From Myxococcales bacterium (GTDB lineage Bacteria > Myxococcota_A > Polyangia > Polyangiales > JAFGIB01): DNA of 60,385 nucleotides. The DNA is taken from contig JAPPOT010000210.1 in the NCBI GenBank assembly GCA_028817855.1, positions 1 through 60,385 on the forward strand, written 5' to 3'. Below are positions 1-10,234 of this stretch, piece after piece. Positions within the stretch are counted from its first letter, which is position 1. Each line of letters starts with the position of its first letter. A program made the position numbers and the translations under genes. The notes under the pieces are model-generated. The model did not search any database. It was not told where the DNA came from and saw only the letters and a list, made by a program, of their open reading frames with translations.

Positions 1-12
1 GGGATGGAACGA

Positions 13-432
13 TCAGAAGCTCACGTACGGGTTGTCGACCCGTGCTTCCTCGTCGTCCTCGTCATCTCCGAGTCCCTCGATGTCCTCGTCGTCGATGTCG
101 GTGGCGGGCTCGCCCGTCGGGATCTCGATATCGGCGTAGCGGTCGTCGTGCCGCGAGCCGACCATCGCGCCGACGACGGCGCCGACCACCACACCGATCG
201 CGAGGCTCGCCGCCAGGCCGCCGCCGCGGGAAATCGAGGTGTCGCCCGTGTCGGGCGTGGCAGGCGAGCCGAGCAGATCCTCGTCCGTGATCAGGAAGCC
301 CACCGTACCGCCGGCCGCGGCACCGGCCAGCGCGCCGTAGGCCGCGCCGGTCTGGACGCGGGAGCTGACGCATCCACCGAGCACCAGGATGAGGAGCACG
401 AGAACGAGCGACCGGGCGAGCATGCCAGCCAT
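13..432 (-). CDS. small lipoprotein with glycine-zipper-like segments and acidic tail
   Basis: 139-aa ORF. N-terminus MAGMLARSLVLVLLILVLGGC is a signal peptide plus lipobox. Gly/Ala-rich stretches (GAAYGALAGAAAGG, IGVVVGAVVGAMVG). D/E-rich C-terminus. Confidence 0.6.
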   Translation of the reverse strand: MAGMLARSLVLVLLILVLGGCVSSRVQTGAAYGALAGAAAGGTVGFLITDEDLLGSPATPDTGDTSISRGGGLAASLAIGVVVGAVVGAMVGSRHDDRYADIEIPTGEPATDIDDEDIEGLGDDEDDEEARVDNPYVSF

Positions 433-465
433 CTATCACAGTCGAGGGCGCGTGGTCTAACCCGG

Positions 466-2049
466 CTAACCCGACTGCCCCTCGCCGAGGCCCGCAAGCG
501 CCGCCTCGAAGCTGTCCCCGGGAGTACGTCGAGTGTCCACGGGCACGTGCTCTCCCGGGCCCAGCTCCTCGACCGGCTCCAGGCTCGCGAGGAAGGATGT
601 CAGGATGTCGCTGCGTCCGTCGCTGATCGAGGTCCCCCGCGCACGTTGCTCGAGCCGCTCGCGCAGCACCGCCTCCGGTGCGCTGCACTCGACGAAGTGG
701 AACGGTACATTGACCCGAGCGGCCAGCGCCCTGGCCTGCAAGCGATGTTCACGTGCGCGGTAGGTGGCCTCCAGGATGACCGGCCGGCCGGAGTCGAGCA
801 CGACGGCCGCCCGCCGCAACACCTCGGCGTAGACGCGCGCGGTCATCTCCGGGCCGTAGTGCCCGCTGAAGGCGGCATCGTGCAGCGGCGTCTCCGGCGC
901 CACGCCCGCCAGCTGCTTGCGGGTGCGGTCCGCGTCCACGATGGGCGCGCCGAAGTGCGCGCCCAGGCGCCGGGCCATCTCGCTCTTGCCGGAGGCGATG
1001 GCGCCGCCGACCACGATCACGCGTGGTGGCGAAAGCGGTTCGCGCGTGCAGGCCTCGGCCAGCAGGTAGTACTTGCGTGCCAGCGCTGCAGCGCGGCTGC
1101 GCGCGGCCGACTCGGCGTGCTCGTCCTCGGCCACGAAGCTGCTGATCTTGGCGCGGACGTGGGCCCGGTAGCTCTCGTAGAAGTCGACCACGCCGTACAG
1201 ATCGTAGTCGCCGCTCTCGCGCGCGTAGGCGGCCACCAGCGCCTCCGCGAGGTCGGGCCGCTCGTGCCACGCCAGGTCCATCGCGAGAAATGCGATGTCG
1301 GCGCAAACGTCGCCGTAGCGGAAGCGCTCATTGAATTCGATGCAGTCGATCACGTCGACCCGCCCGTCGGCATCCAGGTAGCAGTGCTCGAGGCGCAGGT
1401 CGCCATGTCCGTCGCGCACGCGGCCGGCCCGTGCGCGCGCTTCGAAGCGTGTCCGGTGCTCGGACAGGAAGCCGAGTTGCCAGTCGCGCAGGGCCCCGAC
1501 CTCGCGTGCGCTCAGGTAGTGGGTGGCGCTGTCCGCGGTCTGCTCGAAGTTCTCGCGCACGTTGCCCTCGATGACCTCGGGGGCGCCGAAGCGTGCTGTC
1601 TCTTCGTCCGCTCGCGCCGAGGCGTGGAAGCGTGCCAGGTGGCTGGCCAGGGCCTCCACCTGCTCGCGCCCGAGGCTGCCGGTCGAGAGGCGCTGGTCGG
1701 CCGCGTCGGCGTCGGGCAGCCGCAGCATGTGCACCGCCCAGTCGACCGGGGGGCCGAGCGCGGGGTCGCCGCCGAGCACGTGGTGACCCGCCGGGTCGCG
1801 TCGGATCGGCAGCACGCCGTGGTAGACGCGCGGTGCCAGGCGCCGGTTGAGCTCCACCTCCCGGTGGCAGTAGTGCTCGCGCGCCTCGAGTGTCCGGAAG
1901 TCGAGAAAGCCGAAGTCGACGGGCTTCTTGATCTTGTAGACGTCGTGCGCTGCGAGGAAGACTTGGGAGATGTGAGTCTCGCGCAGCTCCATGCCGCGCG
2001 CTTGCAGGTCGTCCGCCAGGGTGGGCTGCTGCGGGTCGCCGCCGGGCAT
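466..2049 (-). CDS. bifunctional aminoglycoside-phosphotransferase-like / P-loop (AAA_33-type) kinase protein
   Basis: N-terminal half has APH/choline-kinase-like motifs (HGDLRLEHCYL, DCIEFNERFRYGDVCADIAFL). C-terminal half has P-loop VVGGAIASGKS. Start set at ATG 2049 (MPGGDPQQ). The longer listed ORF would run over the neighbouring stop at 2061. Confidence 0.8.
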   Translation of the reverse strand: MPGGDPQQPTLADDLQARGMELRETHISQVFLAAHDVYKIKKPVDFGFLDFRTLEAREHYCHREVELNRRLAPRVYHGVLPIRRDPAGHHVLGGDPALGPPVDWAVHMLRLPDADAADQRLSTGSLGREQVEALASHLARFHASARADEETARFGAPEVIEGNVRENFEQTADSATHYLSAREVGALRDWQLGFLSEHRTRFEARARAGRVRDGHGDLRLEHCYLDADGRVDVIDCIEFNERFRYGDVCADIAFLAMDLAWHERPDLAEALVAAYARESGDYDLYGVVDFYESYRAHVRAKISSFVAEDEHAESAARSRAAALARKYYLLAEACTREPLSPPRVIVVGGAIASGKSEMARRLGAHFGAPIVDADRTRKQLAGVAPETPLHDAAFSGHYGPEMTARVYAEVLRRAAVVLDSGRPVILEATYRAREHRLQARALAARVNVPFHFVECSAPEAVLRERLEQRARGTSISDGRSDILTSFLASLEPVEELGPGEHVPVDTRRTPGDSFEAALAGLGEGQSG

Positions 2050-2060
2050 CGCGCGCTCCC

Positions 2061-2783
2061 TCAGGTCGGGCTCAGGTGAGCCATGAGCGGCAGGTGGTCG
2101 GATAGCTCCGACCAGGGGCTGCCGTCGAGTCGCCCACCGCTCTCGGCCTGCAGGTGCTTGACGTAGATCCGGTCCAGGCTGAAGACCGGTCGCCGTGCGT
2201 GCCACGTACGGAGCCGCTCGGGCGCATGACCGGCGAAGGGGTCGTCGAAGCCGAGCTCGTGCAGCACGAGGCCCTCGAGGTCGCGTCGCCAGTCGTTGAA
2301 GTCGCCGGCCAGCAGCACCGGCTCACCCGACTGGCTGACGCGCTCCACCAGCTCGCCGATCTGCCGCATCTGGGTGCGGCGCTGCCACTGGTTGAGGCCC
2401 AGGTGCACGTTGAAGACGTGAAGCGATTGCTCGCCGAGGGTGAGGCGCACGTAGAGCGCGCCGCGGCGTTCGACCCGGTTGGTGGAGATGTCGTGGTTGT
2501 CGAAGTGCTCGACCGAGAGGCGCGTGAAGGTGGTGTTGCCGTGGTGGCCGACGCTGCGGAACTTGTTGGCCCCGTAGTAGCTGCTCAGGCCCATCTCCTG
2601 AGCCAGACCCCCGCTCTGGGAGTCTCCGGTGCGGGCGCAGTGGAAGACCTCCTGGCAGAGGATCAGATCCGCCTCGTGCTGGGCCAGGGCGGCCCCGATC
2701 CGGCGCATCTCCACGGCGGTCCGCCCGTTGGCGCCCTTGCCCTTGCGGATGTTGTAGGTGATGACGCGGAAGGGAAGGGGCAC
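2061..2783 (-). CDS. endonuclease/exonuclease/phosphatase (EEP) family protein
   Basis: EEP motifs FRVITYNIRKG, LILCQEV, LLAGDFND and C-terminal LSDHLPL. The 5' third of the listed 340-aa ORF overlaps the divergent PLD gene. Start placed at in-frame GTG 2783 (alternative GTG 2843). Confidence 0.75.
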   Translation of the reverse strand: MPLPFRVITYNIRKGKGANGRTAVEMRRIGAALAQHEADLILCQEVFHCARTGDSQSGGLAQEMGLSSYYGANKFRSVGHHGNTTFTRLSVEHFDNHDISTNRVERRGALYVRLTLGEQSLHVFNVHLGLNQWQRRTQMRQIGELVERVSQSGEPVLLAGDFNDWRRDLEGLVLHELGFDDPFAGHAPERLRTWHARRPVFSLDRIYVKHLQAESGGRLDGSPWSELSDHLPLMAHLSPT

Positions 2784-2892
2784 GGGGTTACTGCGGGGGG
2801 TGAGCAGAGGTGGGCAAGCAGGAGCCAGAGCGAATATAACCACATTCCAGGCGGGGGCGAGCCACCCCCGCGCATGCCACGTGCCCGACTCG

Positions 2893-4005
2893 ATGATCCC
2901 AGGCAATCGCGTCTCCTTGCTGCACGACGGCGGCGAGACCCTGCCGGCGATGCTGGACGCGATCGCCCAGGCGCGGCGCGAGATCCTGCTCGAGATGTAC
3001 TGGTTCGGCTCCGATCGCACGGGCCGTCGCTTCGCCGAGGCGCTCGAGGAAAAGGCGAGGCAGGGGGTCCGGGTGCTGGTCACGTACGACGCGGCCGGGA
3101 GCTTCGAGGCCGACCGCGGGATGTTCGAGCAGATGTGCGAGTCCGGCTGCGGCGTCTACGAGTTCAACCCGGTCCACTTCTGGCGCCCCCGCTTCCGCTT
3201 CAGCTTCGCCGGCCTCAACCAGCGCAACCACCGCAAAATGCTCATCGTGGATGGCGTCACCGGCTTCACCGGCGGCCTCAACCTGGCCGACCCCTGGGCG
3301 CCGGAGGAAGCGGGGGGCGACGGCTTTCGCGACGACATGATCCGCGTGGACGGTCCCGCCGTGGAGAGCATGCGCTCGATCTTCCTGGGCTGCTATCGCG
3401 GCGACGGGCTCGATGCGGCCCTGGCGGATGACCTGCCGGCGACAGGGGAGGGCGGCAACAGCCGCGTGCGGGTGCTGGCCAACGACCTGCGGCAGCATCG
3501 CAAGACGATCGAGCGGGCCTACCTCGCGCGCATCCGCATGGCGCGCGAGCGGCTGCTGATCACCAACAGCTACTTCATCCCGAGCTTCCGGGTGCGCCGA
3601 CATCTGGCGCGTGCGGTCGAGCGCGGCGTGCGCGTGAAGGTGCTGCTGCCCGTCGAGAGCGACGTGCCTGCCGTGACCTACGCCACGCGCCGGCTCTACA
3701 GCTGGATGATGCGCCGCGGTATCGAGCTCTACGAGTGGCCGCAGAGCATCCTCCACTCCAAGACTGCGGTGGTCGATGGGCGCTGGTGCACGGTGGGTAC
3801 GCACAACATCGACTACCGCTCCTGGGCTTACAACCTGGAGATCAACGTCGCGGTCGAGGACATCGAGGTGGCGGGGCGGCTCGAGGCCCGCATGGAGGAG
3901 GACATCGCCGGCTCGGTGCGGGTGGACCCGCACAACTGGCGCTTTCGTTCACTCGGGCAGCGGGTGCTCGAGCAGTTCTTCTATCGCTTTCGGCGATTGA
4001 TGTGA
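2893..4005 (+). CDS. clsB: phospholipase D family protein, cardiolipin synthase ClsB-like
   Basis: Two HKD motifs (HRKMLIVDG and HSKTAVVDG). About 370 aa with no N-terminal TM helices, as in ClsB. Start moved to ATG 2893 (MIPGNRVSLLHDG). Neighbour is an EEP gene, as in E. coli ybhP-clsB. Confidence 0.75.
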   Translation: MIPGNRVSLLHDGGETLPAMLDAIAQARREILLEMYWFGSDRTGRRFAEALEEKARQGVRVLVTYDAAGSFEADRGMFEQMCESGCGVYEFNPVHFWRPRFRFSFAGLNQRNHRKMLIVDGVTGFTGGLNLADPWAPEEAGGDGFRDDMIRVDGPAVESMRSIFLGCYRGDGLDAALADDLPATGEGGNSRVRVLANDLRQHRKTIERAYLARIRMARERLLITNSYFIPSFRVRRHLARAVERGVRVKVLLPVESDVPAVTYATRRLYSWMMRRGIELYEWPQSILHSKTAVVDGRWCTVGTHNIDYRSWAYNLEINVAVEDIEVAGRLEARMEEDIAGSVRVDPHNWRFRSLGQRVLEQFFYRFRRLM

Positions 4006-4027
4006 GGCCGACGACCCCGCCCAGTCC

Positions 4028-5890
<1,863 letters not shown>

Positions 5891-6046
5891 GTCGCTCTCC
5901 TCTCCCGTCGCCGGGTAGATCTCTCCCATCGCTTCCCGAGCGGCCGCCCGGTCGCGTTGCGGTGATTGCGTTGAAGCCCGCGCGTTTCGCGCGGGAGCTA
6001 TGAAAAAGCGGCCGCTATTGCTGTGCTCGCGGCCTGTACGACAAGC

Positions 6047-6074
6047 AACCTAACCAGTGATCGGGACCGGTCAA
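6047..6074 (-). promoter_or_regulatory. candidate sigma70-type promoter upstream of dnaK
   Basis: On the minus strand, TTGACC (6074-6069), a 16-nt spacer, then TAGGTT (6052-6047). This would give a roughly 150-nt leader containing the hairpin CCCGCGC-GTTTC-GCGCGGG (about 5976-5994). Pattern match only. Confidence 0.25.
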
Positions 6075-6122
6075 GGGGCCCCGTAGTTGGCGTGGGCGCC
6101 GTGGGCGCGTAGGTTTGGGACC

Positions 6123-6584
6123 ATGCCGACCGAGCCCGAGAGCAGCGCGATCCGCCACATCCTGTGCCCGGTGGACGCCTCCGACACCTCCGAGTTCGCG
6201 CTGACCTACGCGGCGCTGCTCGCGCGCAAGCTGGGCGCCCGCGTCACCGCCCTGCACGTCTTCGAGCTGCCGACCGACATCTTCCCCGACGACGTCTTGC
6301 CGATGCGCGAGGAGGTCGAGGCCAAGCTCAAGGAGGCGCGCGAGGCGGATCTGATCGCGATGGTGGAGCGCTGCAACCACGGCGCCCAGATGACCCACCA
6401 CGTCGACAGCGGGTTGCCCCACGTCGTGATCTGCGATCGCGCACGGGACCTGGAGGCGGATCTGATCGTCATGGGGACGCACGGCCGCAAGGCCCTCGGC
6501 CGCATGTTGCTCGGCAGCGTCGCCGAGCGCGTGCTGCGGACCTCGAGCGTCCCGGTGATGACGGTGCGCAAGCCGGGCAAGTAG
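6123..6584 (+). CDS. universal stress protein (UspA family), copy 1
   Basis: IRHILCPVDASDTSEFAL...LHVFE. C-terminal ATP-binding type motif [21 protein letters not shown]. Start at ATG 6123. Confidence 0.85.
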   Translation: MPTEPESSAIRHILCPVDASDTSEFALTYAALLARKLGARVTALHVFELPTDIFPDDVLPMREEVEAKLKEAREADLIAMVERCNHGAQMTHHVDSGLPHVVICDRARDLEADLIVMGTHGRKALGRMLLGSVAERVLRTSSVPVMTVRKPGK

Positions 6585-6650
6585 AACGTGCCCCTGCCCA
6601 CCCTGCAACTGCGCTGCCGGGCAACGGCAGTGCCAAGGGCCGTTTGAGGG
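6584..6650. repeat. G/C-tract palindromic intergenic element, short copy (P1)
   Basis: Fills the gap between two convergent TAG stops. It begins GAACGTGCCCCTGCCC (same 16-mer as at 25918) and contains the hairpin CTGCCG-GGCAA-CGGCAG. It ends CAAGGGCCGTTTGAGGGC, resembling the right end of the element at 31258-31357. Confidence 0.4.
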
Positions 6651-7100
6651 CTAGCTCGGCCGGATCGTGAGCACCGGGCAGGGGGCCGTGCGTACGACGC
6701 GCTCGGCGACGCTGCCGAGCAGCAGCCGGCCGACGCCGGTGCGGCCGTGGGTCGCGATCACCAGCAGATCCTGCGGGTTCTTCTCGGCGTAGTCGGTGAT
6801 GGCGGCCGCGGCGCCGCCGCCCTCCACGAGCGCGGTCTCGACGCGGACCTCGTCGTCGAAGTGGCTGCCCTTGAGCGCCTCCAGCTGCTCGCGCACCTTG
6901 CCCCGCAGCTCCTCGCGCAGGGCCTTGTCTTTCTCGGGGGAGAGGCTCAGCACGCCGGGCGGGAACTCCCCTTCGAAGTCGAGGGCGGTGAGCAGCGTCA
7001 CGGAGGCACCGAACTGCTTGGCCAGCGAGTTGGCCGCATCGAGCGCGCACTTGGACGCCTCGGAGAGATCGGTCGTCACGAGCAGCTTCTGTATGTTCAC
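6651..7100 (-). CDS. universal stress protein (UspA family), copy 2
   Basis: [43 protein letters not shown] start at 7100 preceded by GGAGG. Confidence 0.85.
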   Translation of the reverse strand: MNIQKLLVTTDLSEASKCALDAANSLAKQFGASVTLLTALDFEGEFPPGVLSLSPEKDKALREELRGKVREQLEALKGSHFDDEVRVETALVEGGGAAAAITDYAEKNPQDLLVIATHGRTGVGRLLLGSVAERVVRTAPCPVLTIRPS

Positions 7101-7235
7101 GGCGGCAGCCTCCGGTTTGCCAAAGCCGGCCCGAGCATACGGCGGCCAGCCCCATAGACCAAGATGCCCACCCCGGCTGCCCCCGCAAGCGTTTGCTTTT
7201 AGTCCGCGCGGTGGTGCACTTTAGGACCCAGCATC

Positions 7236-7688
7236 ATGGCCGACATCAAGACGATACTCTGCCCCACCGACTTCTCCCCGTCTTCCCAGGCGGCCCTCGA
7301 GCTCGCCAGGGGGCTGGCGAAGCAGCTGGGCGCGAAGCTGGAGCTCGTGCATGTCTTTCAGCTGCCGTTCTACGTCGGTTGGGAGGACGGTCCGGCTGCG
7401 ATGGCGGCGACCTCCGAGTTCATGAACGAGCTCAAGCAGCGCTCCGACGAGAAGCTGGGGGCGGCCGTGTCGGCCTGCGAGGCGGCGGGTATCGAGGCGT
7501 CCGGCAAGCAGTTGGAGGGCGCGCCGCATGCCCGCATCGTCGAGCTCTCGGAGGACGCGGACCTGATCGTGATGGGCACCCACGGGCGCACCGGCCTGCC
7601 GCGACTCGTGCTCGGCAGCGTCGCGGAGCGCGTCGTGCGCATGGCCGAGTGTCCTGTCATCACGGTGCCCGGCGGCGAGCCGGAGTGA
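7236..7688 (+). CDS. universal stress protein (UspA family), copy 3
   Basis: [42 protein letters not shown]. Confidence 0.85.
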   Translation: MADIKTILCPTDFSPSSQAALELARGLAKQLGAKLELVHVFQLPFYVGWEDGPAAMAATSEFMNELKQRSDEKLGAAVSACEAAGIEASGKQLEGAPHARIVELSEDADLIVMGTHGRTGLPRLVLGSVAERVVRMAECPVITVPGGEPE

Positions 7689-7700
7689 GCCCCGCGCCGC

Positions 7701-8804
7701 TCAGGCCGCGCGTCGCCGACGCAGCATTGCTAGGGTGAGCAGCAGACCCGCGGCGGCGGCCGTGCCGCTGCCCGAGGGGACGCCCGGCACACCGGCGCAG
7801 GCGGTTACCCGTGCGATCGGACCGATCGCGTCGGCCGCGGCATGGGCCGCGCACAGCTCGCGTGCCGCGCCGTCGCCGTCGCACAGCGCGTCGATCGCCC
7901 GCGCCACGTAGGTCGCCTCCTCGCGCTGCTCGATCACGTCGTTTTCGTCGCTGCGCACGGAGGTGCAGTCGGCGTGCACCTGGATGTAGTCGTCGGCGCC
8001 GCGCGCGAGCACTCCCCGCAGCCGGCCCTCGCGGTCGAATACGCCCGAGCCGGAGCTGCCGTGGAAGGTGTCCGAGTCGGCACGGAAGAAGTCCAGCGTG
8101 GACCCGCGGGCGTCCACGACCTCGGCGCCGGAGTCGATCTTCAGCGGCAGCCCGGCGCTGAAGCCGATCACCGTCAGCGGCTCGCCGCGGGCGAGTGGCT
8201 CGTCGCCCACGTGAATCCGGGCAGGGCGGCGAGCGCCCGAGACCGGTCGGTCCAACCGGATCCAGGCGTGGTCCACCTCGCGCCCGCTGGGGTCGCGCCG
8301 CTGCTCAGCCTCCACGGTGCTGCAGCCGTAGACGTTGTCGCGCATCATCGGCGCCAGCTCGCCCTCCTCGCGGTAGAGGAAGCCGAACACCAGCTGCAGC
8401 TCCTCGCACGGCACCACGTCGAGGCAGTGGGCGGAGGTCAGCACGAGGTCGTCTTCGACGAGGGTGCCCGAGCAGTGGGCCAAGCTCGGTTGCTCGGTAA
8501 AGCGCTCGCCCTCGCACAGGTCGTAGAGCTCGCCGAAGGTCTCGGTCGGGTAGCGAACCTCGCCGTCCGGCATCGCCTCCAGCAGCCTGCGGTCGATCAG
8601 CGCCACGCCCGAGGAGGCGGCCAGCTCGCGCGTCGCGGCGTCCGGGTGGGCAAAGTAGTCCTGGCGGTCATCGCCCCCGTAGACGACCGCCTCGACGCGC
8701 AGGGCCACCTCCGGGCCCGCCGCCGCCGTCTCGGCCGCGCAGCCGCCAGCGCCCATGCCCAGGGCGCACATCACCAGCAGCGCCCCCCAGGCGCTCCCAC
8801 GCAT
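7701..8804 (-). CDS. secreted trypsin-like (V8/Trypsin_2-type) serine protease with MYXO-CTERM-like C-terminal sorting tail
   Basis: Catalytic His context LVLTSAHC and Ser context DTFHGSSGSGVF. Signal peptide MRGSAWGALLVMCALGMGAGGC. C-terminus ACAGVPGVPSGSGTAAAAGLLLTLAMLRRRRAA (Cys, G/S-rich spacer, hydrophobic helix, Arg cluster). Start ATG 8804 (alternative 8822). Confidence 0.8.
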   Translation of the reverse strand: MRGSAWGALLVMCALGMGAGGCAAETAAAGPEVALRVEAVVYGGDDRQDYFAHPDAATRELAASSGVALIDRRLLEAMPDGEVRYPTETFGELYDLCEGERFTEQPSLAHCSGTLVEDDLVLTSAHCLDVVPCEELQLVFGFLYREEGELAPMMRDNVYGCSTVEAEQRRDPSGREVDHAWIRLDRPVSGARRPARIHVGDEPLARGEPLTVIGFSAGLPLKIDSGAEVVDARGSTLDFFRADSDTFHGSSGSGVFDREGRLRGVLARGADDYIQVHADCTSVRSDENDVIEQREEATYVARAIDALCDGDGAARELCAAHAAADAIGPIARVTACAGVPGVPSGSGTAAAAGLLLTLAMLRRRRAA

Positions 8805-8933
8805 GTCCTCAAATGGTAGCATCTTTGCGCACATCTCGTGACGCCACCTACACCCGCGTACACTGATACGCGAAGGCACGGCGGATGTCGACATGCACCA
8901 GGAGACCGGCCGGCGTACGGCGGGTTGTGGGGC

Positions 8934-9368
8934 TCAGTGCGCTGCCGGGACTGTCATCACCGGCACGCGGCTGCTGCGCACGGTGCGCTCCGCCACCGAG
9001 CCCAGGGTGAAGCGCGCCATTCCGGTGCGACCGTGGGTGGCCATCACGACCAGGTCGCAGTCCTCTTCAGAGGCGACCTCAGCGACCTTGAGGCTCGGGT
9101 TCCCATCGACCAGGAGCGTGCGCACGCGGGCACCGGCCAGCTCCGCGGCCCGCGCTTGCAAGCGCTCGCCGAGGCGCTTCTTGAGCTCCTGCTCGAAGGC
9201 CGGGTCATCGGGCACCACGTCGGGCTCGAGCGCGTAGACCAGCAGGGGGCAGACGTGTAGCAGCACCACCTCCGCATCGAGCTGTTTCGCCAGGTCCACA
9301 GCCTCGTCCACCGCGTGGCGGGAGAGCTCGGAGAAGTCGGTCGGTGCCAGGATTCGCGTGATCTTCAT
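8934..9368 (-). CDS. universal stress protein (UspA family), copy 4
   Basis: MKITRILAPTDFSELSRHAV. ATHGRTGMARFTLGSVAERT. Confidence 0.85.
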   Translation of the reverse strand: MKITRILAPTDFSELSRHAVDEAVDLAKQLDAEVVLLHVCPLLVYALEPDVVPDDPAFEQELKKRLGERLQARAAELAGARVRTLLVDGNPSLKVAEVASEEDCDLVVMATHGRTGMARFTLGSVAERTVRSSRVPVMTVPAAH

Positions 9369-9446
9369 CGCCTGCTGGGTGCCTCCGGGACCGAAGTATG
9401 CACAGCTGCGGGCGTGTCGCGAGGGGTGCGCGGTGGCCCCTCGGGG

Positions 9447-10043
9447 TCAGTCCAGTCCCAGCCCGGCCGAGCGGATGTGGGCGAGCGCGCGCTGCTCTAC
9501 CTCGCGTGCGGAGGCCTGCAGCTCCCCCGGGTCGCCGCCGAGCCCGGCGCGACCGCAATCGTGGCCCGCCACCGCATCCATCGCCACGGCTGAGCGGATC
9601 ACCTCGATCGCGTCGCGCAAGGAGACCGGGTCCTCCACGCGGCTGGCCAGGCGCGCGGCCGACGAGACGCATTTCTCGCCGAAGAAGCGGTCGATGCGCT
9701 TGTCCTCGGACACGCGCGCGTAGGCCTCATCGAGCAGGTTGTGGGCCAGGCGCGAGCACAGATCCCGATCGAGCTGACCGTCGAGCGCGGCATCCGCCAG
9801 CTCGAGCACGCTGCGCGCCGCATCCACGCCCTCGAGGGGCGCGGTGCGCTCGCGCGCGAAGGCCAGCAGCGCGCGTGCCAGCCGCCTGTCATTGGAGCGC
9901 CGTGCGTACATTAGCGGCAGCCAGGTCTCGCTCTGGGCGCCTCCGGCCTGGGCACGGCTGACCAGTCGCCTGTAGGCCTCGTCGAAGGGCGTCACGCCCC
10001 GGCCTTCGTCGTCAACCGCCCACCGATCCTGTAGCGAGGTCAT
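9447..10043 (-). CDS. hypothetical protein (all-helical appearance, no signal peptide)
   Basis: 198-aa ORF with GC3-rich codon usage. Strong SD GGGAGGGG upstream of ATG 10043. No motif recognised. Confidence 0.6.
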   Translation of the reverse strand: MTSLQDRWAVDDEGRGVTPFDEAYRRLVSRAQAGGAQSETWLPLMYARRSNDRRLARALLAFARERTAPLEGVDAARSVLELADAALDGQLDRDLCSRLAHNLLDEAYARVSEDKRIDRFFGEKCVSSAARLASRVEDPVSLRDAIEVIRSAVAMDAVAGHDCGRAGLGGDPGELQASAREVEQRALAHIRSAGLGLD

Positions 10044-10156
10044 TCGCCCCTCCCTAGCTCAACAAGCTCCGATTGCCCTGCGCATGGGACGCTCCGGGCT
10101 AGCCGATGTAGGTGTCAAGGGGCGGCCACGGGGCGTGGCGCTCAGGACGATCTGTG

Positions 10157-10224
10157 GCGCCCTGCAGGGCGCAAATTGGCGCCCGTCGACGCGAGTCTTG
10201 CCCGGTCGCGGAAGATCTTCCGCG
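10157..10224 (-). terminator. two perfect palindromes downstream of the 10235 gene (terminator-like)
   Basis: GCGCCCTGCAGGGCGC (10157-10172, perfect 16-mer) and CGCGGAAGATCTTCCGCG (10207-10224, perfect 18-mer). Both lie just 3' of the minus-strand stop at 10235. No U-tract. Confidence 0.3.
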
Positions 10225-10234
10225 ACTGCGCCGC

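Noticed and set aside
4-2079. 691-aa plus-strand ORF and many other long ORFs rich in Arg/Ala/Pro/Gly (for example 62..688 minus, 2154..3431 plus, 10112..11500 plus, 26033..27400 minus, 52202..53380 minus)
   Set aside because: They are antisense or out of frame relative to genes with clear family motifs. Their composition is typical of shadow frames in about 70 percent GC DNA, and I recognise no motifs in them.
5891-6122. Search for a CIRCE (TTAGCACTC-N9-GAGTGCTAA) or sigma32-type promoter upstream of dnaK
   Set aside because: No CIRCE-like inverted repeat is present. CTTGACC followed by CCCGATCACT has the wrong spacing for a sigma32 promoter. Only a weak sigma70-like pair is reported, at low confidence.
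7190-7235. TTAGTCC ... TTAGGAC pair upstream of USP copy 3, reminiscent of DosR-box half-sites
   Set aside because: The orientation is not an inverted repeat, and the match to the GGGACT/AGTCCC core is incomplete.
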